From positions 618,537 to 682,536 of the forward strand of contig CAWFCE010000002.1 of NCBI GenBank assembly GCA_963814275.1: DNA of 64,000 bases. The letters are read 5' to 3'. Below are positions 55,034 through 62,263 of this stretch, piece after piece (positions within the stretch are counted from its first letter, which is position 1; every line of letters begins with the position of its first letter). A program made the position numbers and the translations under genes. The notes below the pieces were generated by a model, which searched no databases, was not told the DNA's origin, and saw only the letters and a list, made by a program, of their open reading frames with translations. The DNA is from Candidatus Parcubacteria bacterium (lineage in GTDB: Bacteria; Patescibacteriota; Patescibacteriia; Patescibacteriales; UBA12075).

Positions 55034-55819
55034 ATGCCGAATAAAATTTATCATAAAATAGACAGTCAACAAAATACGCAAATAAAATTTCTTGAGAAAT
55101 TGAATTCAAAGAAATATCGTCTGGAATCAAAAAAATTCACAGTTGAAAATTTGACAATTATTTTGGACGCATTGAAAGATGGTTTTGATTTTGAGGCTTT
55201 ATTCGTTACGGAAGAATTTGCCTTGAAACATAAAAAAGAGTTGGCATATATCGAAAATAATTCTCATTTACGAAATTTTTATTTGATTGATTCCAAACTG
55301 AATAAGCATTATTCAAATCTGGATACCCCTTCCGGTATTACGGCGGTGTACGATATTATTGAAAAAAAGCTTGACGTTGCATCTGTGGTATATCTGAACG
55401 GGATCGGTGACCCGGGAAATCTCGGAGCAATTTTACGCAGCGCCTTGGCCTTTGGCTTTGCCAATATCGTCCTTGATGAAAATTGTGTCGATGCCCACAA
55501 TCCAAAAGTTGTAAACGCCGCCAAGGACGCAATTTTTAAATTGAACATTATTGAAGACAAAACCGGAAACTGGCTAAAGAGCACTGATTTGCCGATCTAT
55601 GGCACAAGTTCTCATTTCGGGTCAAATTTATCAGAATTTAAGCCAGCCAAGGCCTATTGCCTGGTTTTGGGTTGCGAGAGCCATGGGGTCAACTCGGAAA
55701 TCGTTAAAATGGCAATAGAAAATATAAAGATCGAGATGTCTTCCCGTATTGAATCTTTGAACGTGGCGGCATCAGCCGCAATTCTTTTTTATGAGCTTAA
55801 GCAAAAACAAATTAATTAG
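55034..55819 (+). CDS. TrmH/SpoU family RNA 2'-O-methyltransferase (RlmB-like)
   Basis: GIGDPGNLGAILRSALAFG, LVLGCESHGV, SLNVAASAAILFYE. Confidence 0.88.
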   Translation: MPNKIYHKIDSQQNTQIKFLEKLNSKKYRLESKKFTVENLTIILDALKDGFDFEALFVTEEFALKHKKELAYIENNSHLRNFYLIDSKLNKHYSNLDTPSGITAVYDIIEKKLDVASVVYLNGIGDPGNLGAILRSALAFGFANIVLDENCVDAHNPKVVNAAKDAIFKLNIIEDKTGNWLKSTDLPIYGTSSHFGSNLSEFKPAKAYCLVLGCESHGVNSEIVKMAIENIKIEMSSRIESLNVAASAAILFYELKQKQIN

Positions 55820-57395
55820 AATCGAGGAAGTAACCTTGAGGTTGGATGAAGATGAAGAAGTTTTAATAACAAAAATTTCTCAGATTTTGTTTTTGCCCGA
55901 ATCGGATATAATTAGTTTTAAAATTGCCAGAAAAAATATTGATTCACGTAAAAAGAATATTCTTTTTGTATATTCTTTGGATGTTTTAGTTAAAAATATC
56001 GAAGCAGTCAAAAAATGGGACACAGTCCATAGGGTCAGAATATATGAACCGTACGTATATCAAGAAAAGAATATTGTTAAAAAAAATAGTAAAAATATCG
56101 TAATCGTCGGTAGCGGTCCTTGCGGCTTGTTTTCCGCTTTAGTTTTGGCAAGGGCAGGATTTAAGCCCTTGATAATAGAGCGTGGCAAAGATATAGATTC
56201 ACGGGTAAAAGATGTTGAAAATTTTTTCCAGAAAAGCATTCTGAATCCCGGGTCAAATATTCAGTTCGGAGAAGGCGGTGCCGGAACATTTTCCGACGGG
56301 AAGCTTTATACCCTGATAAACGATCCTCGCTCAAAATATGTATTTTCCGAACTTGTTAAAGCCGGTGCTCCGGAAGAAATCATATGGAGCGGGACGCCTC
56401 ATATCGGTACGGATAAGTTGCGGGGAGTTATAAAAAATATTCGGAAAGAAATTATTGGATTGGGCGGGCGTATCAGGTTCGAAACATGTTTAACCGGGCT
56501 TGAAATCAAGAATAGCAAACTGGAAGGAATAGTTCTTGACGATAAAGAAAAAATTTCCGTTGGCAACCTTGTTTTAGCCATCGGCCATTCAGCCCGCGAT
56601 ACATACCAAATGCTATTTGATGCGCAACTTAAAATGACCCAAAAGAATTTTTCCATCGGACTTCGCATTGAACACAACTCTGAAATGATAAATAAATCCC
56701 AGTATGGAAATTCGTATAATCATCCGAAACTTGGTGCGGCGAAATATAAGCTTGTTCAGCATCTTAAAGATAAGCGATCGGTTTATACCTTTTGCATGTG
56801 TCCCGGCGGGTATGTAGTAGGGGCTGCTTCCGAAGAGGGCGGCGTGGTGGTGAACGGGATGAGTAAATATGCCCAAGACGGTGAAAATTCCAATAGCGCG
56901 TTATTGGTGCAGATAAAGTCAAGCGATTTCAGCTCGGATCATCCTTTGTCAGGAATTGAATTTCAGCGCCAGTGGGAAAGGCAAGCTTTCTCGGCTGGCG
57001 GCGGCAACTATTTTGCCCCCGCCCAACTGGTTGGCGATTTTTTAAGAAAAAGGGCATCAAGGGTTATTGGCAGCGTTAGGCCAAGCTATAAGCCGGGCGT
57101 GACAATGACTTCGCTTGAAGCTTGTCTGCCTGATTATGTGATTAAAAGTATCAGAGAGGCACTGCCTCTTTTCGATAAAAAGCTAAAAGGTTTTGCCCGG
57201 CCTGATGCTGTTTTAACGGGGGTAGAGACCAGGAGTTCATCGGCAGTGCGATTGGAGCGAAATGAAAAATGCGAATCAAGCATAGCCGGAGTCTATCCGG
57301 CCGGGGAAGGAGCGGGACATTCCGGAGGAATCGTTTCTTCGGCAATTGACGGCATGAGGGTGGCAGAAAAAATAATTGAAAAGTATTTAATATAA
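55791..57395 (+). CDS. FAD-dependent oxidoreductase (COG2509-type)
   Basis: N-terminal ..IARKNIDSRKK.. then IVIVGSGPCGLFSALVLARAGFKPLIIERG. C-terminal YPAGEGAGHSGGIVSSAIDG. Confidence 0.85.
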   Translation: MSLSKNKLIRIEEVTLRLDEDEEVLITKISQILFLPESDIISFKIARKNIDSRKKNILFVYSLDVLVKNIEAVKKWDTVHRVRIYEPYVYQEKNIVKKNSKNIVIVGSGPCGLFSALVLARAGFKPLIIERGKDIDSRVKDVENFFQKSILNPGSNIQFGEGGAGTFSDGKLYTLINDPRSKYVFSELVKAGAPEEIIWSGTPHIGTDKLRGVIKNIRKEIIGLGGRIRFETCLTGLEIKNSKLEGIVLDDKEKISVGNLVLAIGHSARDTYQMLFDAQLKMTQKNFSIGLRIEHNSEMINKSQYGNSYNHPKLGAAKYKLVQHLKDKRSVYTFCMCPGGYVVGAASEEGGVVVNGMSKYAQDGENSNSALLVQIKSSDFSSDHPLSGIEFQRQWERQAFSAGGGNYFAPAQLVGDFLRKRASRVIGSVRPSYKPGVTMTSLEACLPDYVIKSIREALPLFDKKLKGFARPDAVLTGVETRSSSAVRLERNEKCESSIAGVYPAGEGAGHSGGIVSSAIDGMRVAEKIIEKYLI

Positions 57396-57433
57396 TAGAT
57401 TCAAAGTTAAATTATCCTAATGCGGGCATTTAA

Positions 57434-57524
57434 ACAGGATACTTTATTTCCAAAAGACAAGTTCGAATGAGCAAAGGCGCCTCGTGCGAAAATAAAATCA
57501 GCCCCTTCGGGCTGAATTATTTTC
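57434..57524 (+). repeat. decayed tRNA-Trp 3'-portion relic plus hairpin (boundary 5)
   Basis: aacaggatactttatttccaaaagacaagttcgaatgagcaaaggcgcctcgtgcg, then tcagccc-cttc-gggctga followed by a T-rich run. Confidence 0.55.
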
Positions 57525-57668
57525 GTCTGGTGCGGCAAGTAGTGAAGACACCGTGACAGATGTGAAAAGATCAATTGCGTAGTAAAGGAATTTTCGTAGA
57601 GTATTATCAGAATCGTGGTTTGCTGATGGGGCGGAGCTCTTGACCAGTCGAATGATGCGGTCCGCCCC

Positions 57669-57689
57669 TTCGATTCCTACCACCCGTGC
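57669..57689 (+). repeat. perfect 21-nt direct repeat of the tRNA-Trp 3' end (attR-like)
   Basis: ttcgattcctaccacccgtgc is identical to 45005-45025. Confidence 0.95.
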
Positions 57690-57864
57690 AAAATAAATTT
57701 ACTACTGATATTAGCTGTTATTCTTGGTACGAAAGATAAATTCGAGCTAAATTAAAAAATCTGCTATAATAATACATGGAGATGAAGCCCTCCGTGGAAT
57801 AATTTCAAAACCGCTTTTAGCTAATGGCCTCTACTTGAAGTAGGGGTTTTTGTATCCAAAATTT

Positions 57865-58272
57865 ATGAACGGATTTGTTGAATATTTATTAAAGGTCATA
57901 GCCATCCTGTTCAAGATAGGATTGGTTTTGTTTGTTATCGGAGTAATCGCATATTTTTCCTTGTCCAGATACATCGATTACCGGATGAAACAAGTCCAGG
58001 AAAAGGAAGCCATTGAACGGGAACAGCAGGCGAAAGAGCGGGAGCAATACGAAAAAGAGTCGGCTGACAAACCCTCGCAGGAAGAGCTGGATAAAGAAGC
58101 GGCTTATTCAAGGTGTGTTAACAGCGCTTATAAAGAGTATAAAAAGAAGTACGATGAGGAATGTTCCAAGATCATTATGGACGGGGAATGCGTGGTGTCG
58201 CAGGAAAAACGCTATGAACTGGATGGAATCTATATGCACGATAAGGCGGATTGTGAAAAATTAAAGCAATAA
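57865..58272 (+). CDS. membrane-anchored coiled-coil protein with Cys-rich C-terminus
   Basis: ATG 57865. One TM, EREQQAKEREQYEKE, four Cys in the tail. Confidence 0.5.
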   Translation: MNGFVEYLLKVIAILFKIGLVLFVIGVIAYFSLSRYIDYRMKQVQEKEAIEREQQAKEREQYEKESADKPSQEELDKEAAYSRCVNSAYKEYKKKYDEECSKIIMDGECVVSQEKRYELDGIYMHDKADCEKLKQ

Positions 58273-58276
58273 AATT

Positions 58277-58489
58277 ATGTCAGATACGATCATGCTGGTT
58301 TTGGGGACAATCTTCGGCATTATCGCGTCAGCAATGGCTTACCTGATCACGTATGAAGAGTACAGGAAGCATCAGTTTCCCAAACAGAGATTAATAAAAA
58401 CTTCCCTGCAGTCAGCATTATTCACTTTTTTGTTTTTTCTGATCCTGTCGCTCATACTGGGTTATGTATTTTCTAATAACTTAAATTAA
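58277..58489 (+). CDS. small two-TM membrane protein
   Basis: ORF only. Starts 4 nt after the previous stop. Confidence 0.45.
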   Translation: MSDTIMLVLGTIFGIIASAMAYLITYEEYRKHQFPKQRLIKTSLQSALFTFLFFLILSLILGYVFSNNLN

Positions 58490-58616
58490 AATATGGCCAC
58501 AATAAAAAAATTACACGCTACAGTATCAAATTTCTTGGCTTTGTGATCAGCTAAAATTAAAGCCAAGGACTAGAAACAGAGACGGTTTTACTATATCGGC
58601 GAAAACTTTTGAGCAG

Positions 58617-59018
58617 ATGTATTATCGCACTTTATTAAATGGCGATATAGATAATTGCATTATTAATAAATCTTTGGATGAATTGGAATATGTGTCAGAC
58701 ATGGCATTTGTGGTTTTAATAAAGAAGAAATTGAAGATCAAATTTAACAACAACGAGTATATTGAAAAAATCCAATCAATACAAAATCTTGATGGCGGAT
58801 TCGGTTTTAACGACGGCAGTAGTTCTTTTTTGGAAAATACTTATTTAGCAGTTAAGGCATTATCGGCATTAAATCAAAAACCCCTTTTATTAAAAGAATG
58901 TGTTAGCCTTATTGAGGGTTGCCGTGTAAATAATGGGGGATACGGCAGGTCTACGTTGACCGTGCCAACTTTGCAAGCCACATATATGGCTATTAAGTGT
59001 TTGCAGATTTTAAATTAA
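58617..59018 (+). CDS. short protein with prenyltransferase/squalene-oxidase-type alpha-alpha repeats
   Basis: QNLDGGFGFNDGSSSFLENTYLAVKAL and NNGGYGRSTLTVPTLQATYMAIKCL. Only two repeats, so possibly a fragment. Confidence 0.45.
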   Translation: MYYRTLLNGDIDNCIINKSLDELEYVSDMAFVVLIKKKLKIKFNNNEYIEKIQSIQNLDGGFGFNDGSSSFLENTYLAVKALSALNQKPLLLKECVSLIEGCRVNNGGYGRSTLTVPTLQATYMAIKCLQILN

Positions 59019-59068
59019 TTTAAAAGTGATAAATTTTCAGTTTTTTTTCTTTTATGGAGTAGCAAAAC

Positions 59069-59099
59069 GGTTCGAACACTGTCCACGACCCCGTGCAAG
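59069..59099 (+). repeat. tRNA-like relic (boundary 7), same subfamily as boundary 1
   Basis: ggttcgaacactgtccacgaccccgtgcaag compared with 45828-45857 ggttcgaaagctgtccctccatgcgtgcgg. The blocks ggttcgaa, ctgtcc and cgtgc have identical spacing. Confidence 0.5.
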
Positions 59100-59157
59100 T
59101 TATCCTGGTGCGAAATTTATCACGGCGGATGCCGGGGCCCTCACCTCACGTTAACAA

Positions 59158-59193
59158 GGAAAAACTGCGGCCAGAAGCCGCAGTTTTAATATC
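59158..59193. terminator. bidirectional hairpin, copy 1
   Basis: gaaaaactgcggc-cagaa-gccgcagttttaatat. Confidence 0.7.
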
Positions 59194-59208
59194 TCTAATT
59201 CTGTTTGG

Positions 59209-59862
59209 TCAGACGCCCAGGACTCGCGAAGAATCGTAGAGGCGGGATTTTACCACCGGAATCGCAAGGGAGTATTTGGCCAGGAGGCTCTTGACCAGGT
59301 CGACGACCCAGTCTTCGGCGTAGGGGGCGACATAGATCCGGTCGATCACCCGGCCGATCCCGATCGGGATGAAAATGCCCTTGTAGCGGCATTTGTTCTT
59401 GTCCTGGCAATGGATGATCGCCCGCACTTCCTTTTCGTGCTCGAAACTTTTCCGCTTGTAGGCGAAAGGCTTGATCGGGTCGGAGCTGGGCTTTTTGATC
59501 AGCGAATAATCGATATAATTGATCTGCCCGAAGTGAATATCATGGCCGTCCGCTTCGGCGAATGATTCCGCGAGCTTGTCGTAGGTCGAGACGATCGCCA
59601 ACCCTTCGTTCTTTTGGGCATAAAGCTCCCACATGGCGGCCGACTCGTATTCGCTCTGGTGCCAGCAATTGAGGAAAGCTTGCTTGCGGACATGTTCGTG
59701 GTCGGTCAGGGGATAGGACCCTTCGTAGGGGTCGAGAAGCTGGTCGGCCCGGGCGAAGTAGAGCGAGGCGGAATTCAGGAGGGAGACGAATTTGGTGAAA
59801 TCGAGATATTTCCACAAAGGGATGTCGCGCCTTGATGGTGCCTGGAAATCGAGGTTAGTCAT
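59209..59862 (-). CDS. DUF2971-like protein
   Basis: PLWKYLDFTKFVSLLNSASLYFARADQLLDPYEG matches my recollection of the DUF2971 N-terminal pattern. The gene is GC-rich. Confidence 0.62.
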   Translation of the reverse strand: MTNLDFQAPSRRDIPLWKYLDFTKFVSLLNSASLYFARADQLLDPYEGSYPLTDHEHVRKQAFLNCWHQSEYESAAMWELYAQKNEGLAIVSTYDKLAESFAEADGHDIHFGQINYIDYSLIKKPSSDPIKPFAYKRKSFEHEKEVRAIIHCQDKNKCRYKGIFIPIGIGRVIDRIYVAPYAEDWVVDLVKSLLAKYSLAIPVVKSRLYDSSRVLGV

Positions 59863-59919
59863 TGCGGTAATGGATTGATTATGTTATCTATCCTAATTAT
59901 AACCTATTTTGAGAAAAAA

Positions 59920-59957
59920 ATGAAAAACTGCGGTTTGTGGCCGCAGTTTTAATATAG
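59920..59957. repeat. bidirectional hairpin, copy 2
   Basis: gaaaaactgcgg-tttgtg-gccgcagttttaatat. Same arms and flanks as copy 1 with a different loop. Confidence 0.7.
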
Positions 59958-60090
59958 TGTATAATATAGTTTCTCTAAAACAGGCGCACCGGTTCCGCTG
60001 TGCCGGGACGAATGAACAAGGCCGAAATAATTTGTAATCATACTTTAATAAAATAATTATATAATTATAATTATTTATAATCACATCATT

Positions 60091-61284
60091 ATGAAAAAAT
60101 TCATCCTTACTCTAGGCGGGCTTTTGCTTCTTTTGCTTCCTTTGACGACCAATGCCGCGACTTTATCACAGCAATTGTCCGGACGGATAGTCTTGCAGGT
60201 CCAGGCCCATGGGGAAGCCTGGTATGTCTATCCCGGCAATAAGCTGCGCTATTTTCTGGGCCGCCCGGCCGATGCCTTCCGGATCATGCGCGAACTCGGC
60301 CTGGGCATCAGTGAAGCCGACTATAACCGCTACAAGGATGCCGCGCCGGACCGGCTCTTGGGGCGGATCATGCTCCGCGTCCAGGCCCACGGGGAGGCTT
60401 ACTACGTTGATCCGCTGGACAAGAAATTCACGTATCTGGGACGTCCGGCTGATGCTTTTCGAATAATGCGCGAAAAAGGCCTGGGTATCACCAATGAGAA
60501 CCTGGCCCATATGCCGATCGCGGGCGCGTCGATCATCCCGCCGGACGGGGTGATGAATATTGTCGTGGCCGCGCCGCATTGGAATGATCTCGTCAGCTCT
60601 CCGATAGCGGTGAGCGGCCAGGCGCGGGTCTTCGAAAATACGCTCCGGGTACGCGTCCGCAATTCAAACGACAAGATCCTGGCCGACACCCAGGTGATCG
60701 CGCAAGCCCCGGACGCGGGCGAATACGGTAGCTTCTCCCTATCCCTGCCGTTTACGGCCCCGGGTACGGACTCGGGCTACCTGGAAGCCTTCACCTTGTC
60801 AGCCAAGGACGGGACCGAGATCGACAAGGTCAGCGTCCTGCTCCGCTTCGGCGGGAGCGCCGCCGCGGACTGGAAAACCGCCACGGACAGCGCGGGAAAC
60901 TCATTCCTCTATCCAGCCTCCCTGGGCACCACCTATGTCCAGACTGTTGACTGGCCGCCGCAGCTCCAGCTTCTCAATCAGGCCTATAGCTGCCTCACGG
61001 CCGGCACTTCCACGGCGCCGGGCGGACAGACTGCCGCGGTCGCCATTAACGGCCGCGCTTATTGCCAGACCAAGGAAGTCGAGGGGGCGGCAGGCAGCAT
61101 CTACACGCAGTACGCCTTCGCTTTTGCCCGGGATGCCAAAACGGCGATCCTGACGTTCACGATCCGGGAACCGCAATGCGTCAATTATGACGACCCGCAA
61201 AAGACCGCCTGCGAGAATGAGGAAAATAATTTCAGTATAAACAATACGGTCGATCAAATGGCGCAGAGTCTGGTGTTGAAGTAG
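60091..61284 (+). CDS. secreted protein: two GRIxLQ..GEAWYVxP domains, a Gmad2-type Ig-like domain and an unknown C-terminal domain
   Basis: Signal peptide. GRIVLQVQAHGEAWYVYPGNKLRYFLGRPADAFRIMRELGLGI and GRIMLRVQAHGEAYYVDPLDKKFTYLGRPADAFRIMREKGLGI. VSSPIAVSGQARVFENTLRVRVRNSNDKILA (Gmad2-like). Confidence 0.72.
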   Translation: MKKFILTLGGLLLLLLPLTTNAATLSQQLSGRIVLQVQAHGEAWYVYPGNKLRYFLGRPADAFRIMRELGLGISEADYNRYKDAAPDRLLGRIMLRVQAHGEAYYVDPLDKKFTYLGRPADAFRIMREKGLGITNENLAHMPIAGASIIPPDGVMNIVVAAPHWNDLVSSPIAVSGQARVFENTLRVRVRNSNDKILADTQVIAQAPDAGEYGSFSLSLPFTAPGTDSGYLEAFTLSAKDGTEIDKVSVLLRFGGSAAADWKTATDSAGNSFLYPASLGTTYVQTVDWPPQLQLLNQAYSCLTAGTSTAPGGQTAAVAINGRAYCQTKEVEGAAGSIYTQYAFAFARDAKTAILTFTIREPQCVNYDDPQKTACENEENNFSINNTVDQMAQSLVLK

Positions 61285-61532
61285 GGCCGCTGCGGAAAGG
61301 CAAAAAGAACGTTCCTTGAACGTTTTTTTTGGGTTGGCCTGGTAAAATCCAAAATCAAATATATTAGCGAAAAGAGAATATAACTATAAAATATAAATTT
61401 GTATTTCCCGGGACTGATTCGTCAAATCCGGCACGGTCAGTAAAAACAGCATAATTGCATTCTTTAATTATTATTTAATTCAAATTTATTATAATTATAA
61501 TATATTCAATGCGATAAAATAACCTGAATCAT

Positions 61533-62150
61533 ATGGACTATGAAAAATTAGCTTCCCGCGAGGCGGTCGAGAGAACGGCCCAGGCCCTGGCAGCCAACGG
61601 TATAGAGCCCATCGTCGCGGCAAGCGGCCGAGAGGCGCTCGATAAAATCATCGAATTGATCCCCCGCGGGGCATCGGTCATGAACGGGGCTTCGCGCACT
61701 CTGGAGCAGATCGGGTTTGTCGAATATTTGAAGTCCGGCCGGGTGAGCTGGAACAATCTCCACAAACCGGTCGTGGAAGAGAAAGACCCGGTGAAGCAGG
61801 CTCTGCTCCGGAAACAGGCCTTGCTCGCCGACTATTATCTGGGCAGCGTGCACGCCCTGGCGGAGGCGGGGGAGTTCATTATCGCATCGAACACGGGCAG
61901 CCAGCTGCCGCATATCGTTTACAGCTCGGCCAACCTCATTCTCGTTGTCAGCACGAAAAAGATCGTGCCGACCCTGGGGGAGGCGTATCAGCGCCTGATG
62001 GCGCATGTCGTCCCCCTGGAGGACAAGCGGATGATGGCGGCTTACGGGGCGCATACCAAAGTTTCCAAAATAGTGACCTTCAAGTTTGAAAACCCCTCGG
62101 CCGGCCGCCGGGTCAGGATGATATTGGTAAATGAGAATTTGGGGTTTTAA
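61533..62150 (+). CDS. LUD domain protein (LutC/YkgG-like)
   Basis: Length and pattern ...AANGIEPIVAASGREALDKIIELIP....GSVHALAEAGEFIIASNTGSQL...LILVVSTKKIVPTL. Confidence 0.8.
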   Translation: MDYEKLASREAVERTAQALAANGIEPIVAASGREALDKIIELIPRGASVMNGASRTLEQIGFVEYLKSGRVSWNNLHKPVVEEKDPVKQALLRKQALLADYYLGSVHALAEAGEFIIASNTGSQLPHIVYSSANLILVVSTKKIVPTLGEAYQRLMAHVVPLEDKRMMAAYGAHTKVSKIVTFKFENPSAGRRVRMILVNENLGF

Positions 62151-62192
62151 TAATTTTGGTCTCGGAATTACCGCAAGCCGCAATCCCGTACG

Positions 62193-62220
62193 AAAAAAAC
62201 AGCCGTTTGGCTGTTTTTTT
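62193..62220 (+). terminator. rho-independent terminator
   Basis: aaaaaaacagcc-gttt-ggctgttttttt. Confidence 0.8.
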
Positions 62221-62263
62221 GGTTCTTCTTTAGAATTATGTTAAAAAATGTTAAAATGTAAAT

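Noticed and set aside
45763-57524. Boundary modules as bona fide integron attC sites
   Set aside because: The order and sequence of the conserved ends (GTTCGA...TCGAAC-like) do not match the RYYYAAC...GTTRRRY cores. No intI or attI is seen. Only the cassette-like layout is analogous.
57520-57692. tmRNA (standard or permuted) or another tRNA-like RNA gene ending at the tRNA-Trp-like 3' end
   Set aside because: No T-stem can be formed 5' of ttcgatt. There is no complementary 5' acceptor strand, and no GGGG..TTCGAC-type 5' end or tag ORF. The better explanation is a displaced tRNA fragment. An Infernal scan is still advisable.
44954-59200. Prophage interpretation of the AT-rich segment
   Set aside because: No capsid, terminase, portal, tail, lysis or integrase genes were recognised. 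The cargo is metabolic, secreted and regulatory.
61548-62183. 211-aa minus-strand ORF opposite the LUD-domain gene
   Set aside because: Strand choice was considered. The plus-strand protein matches the LUD/LutC pattern and ends at a clear terminator. The minus-strand product is Arg/His/Pro-rich with no motif.
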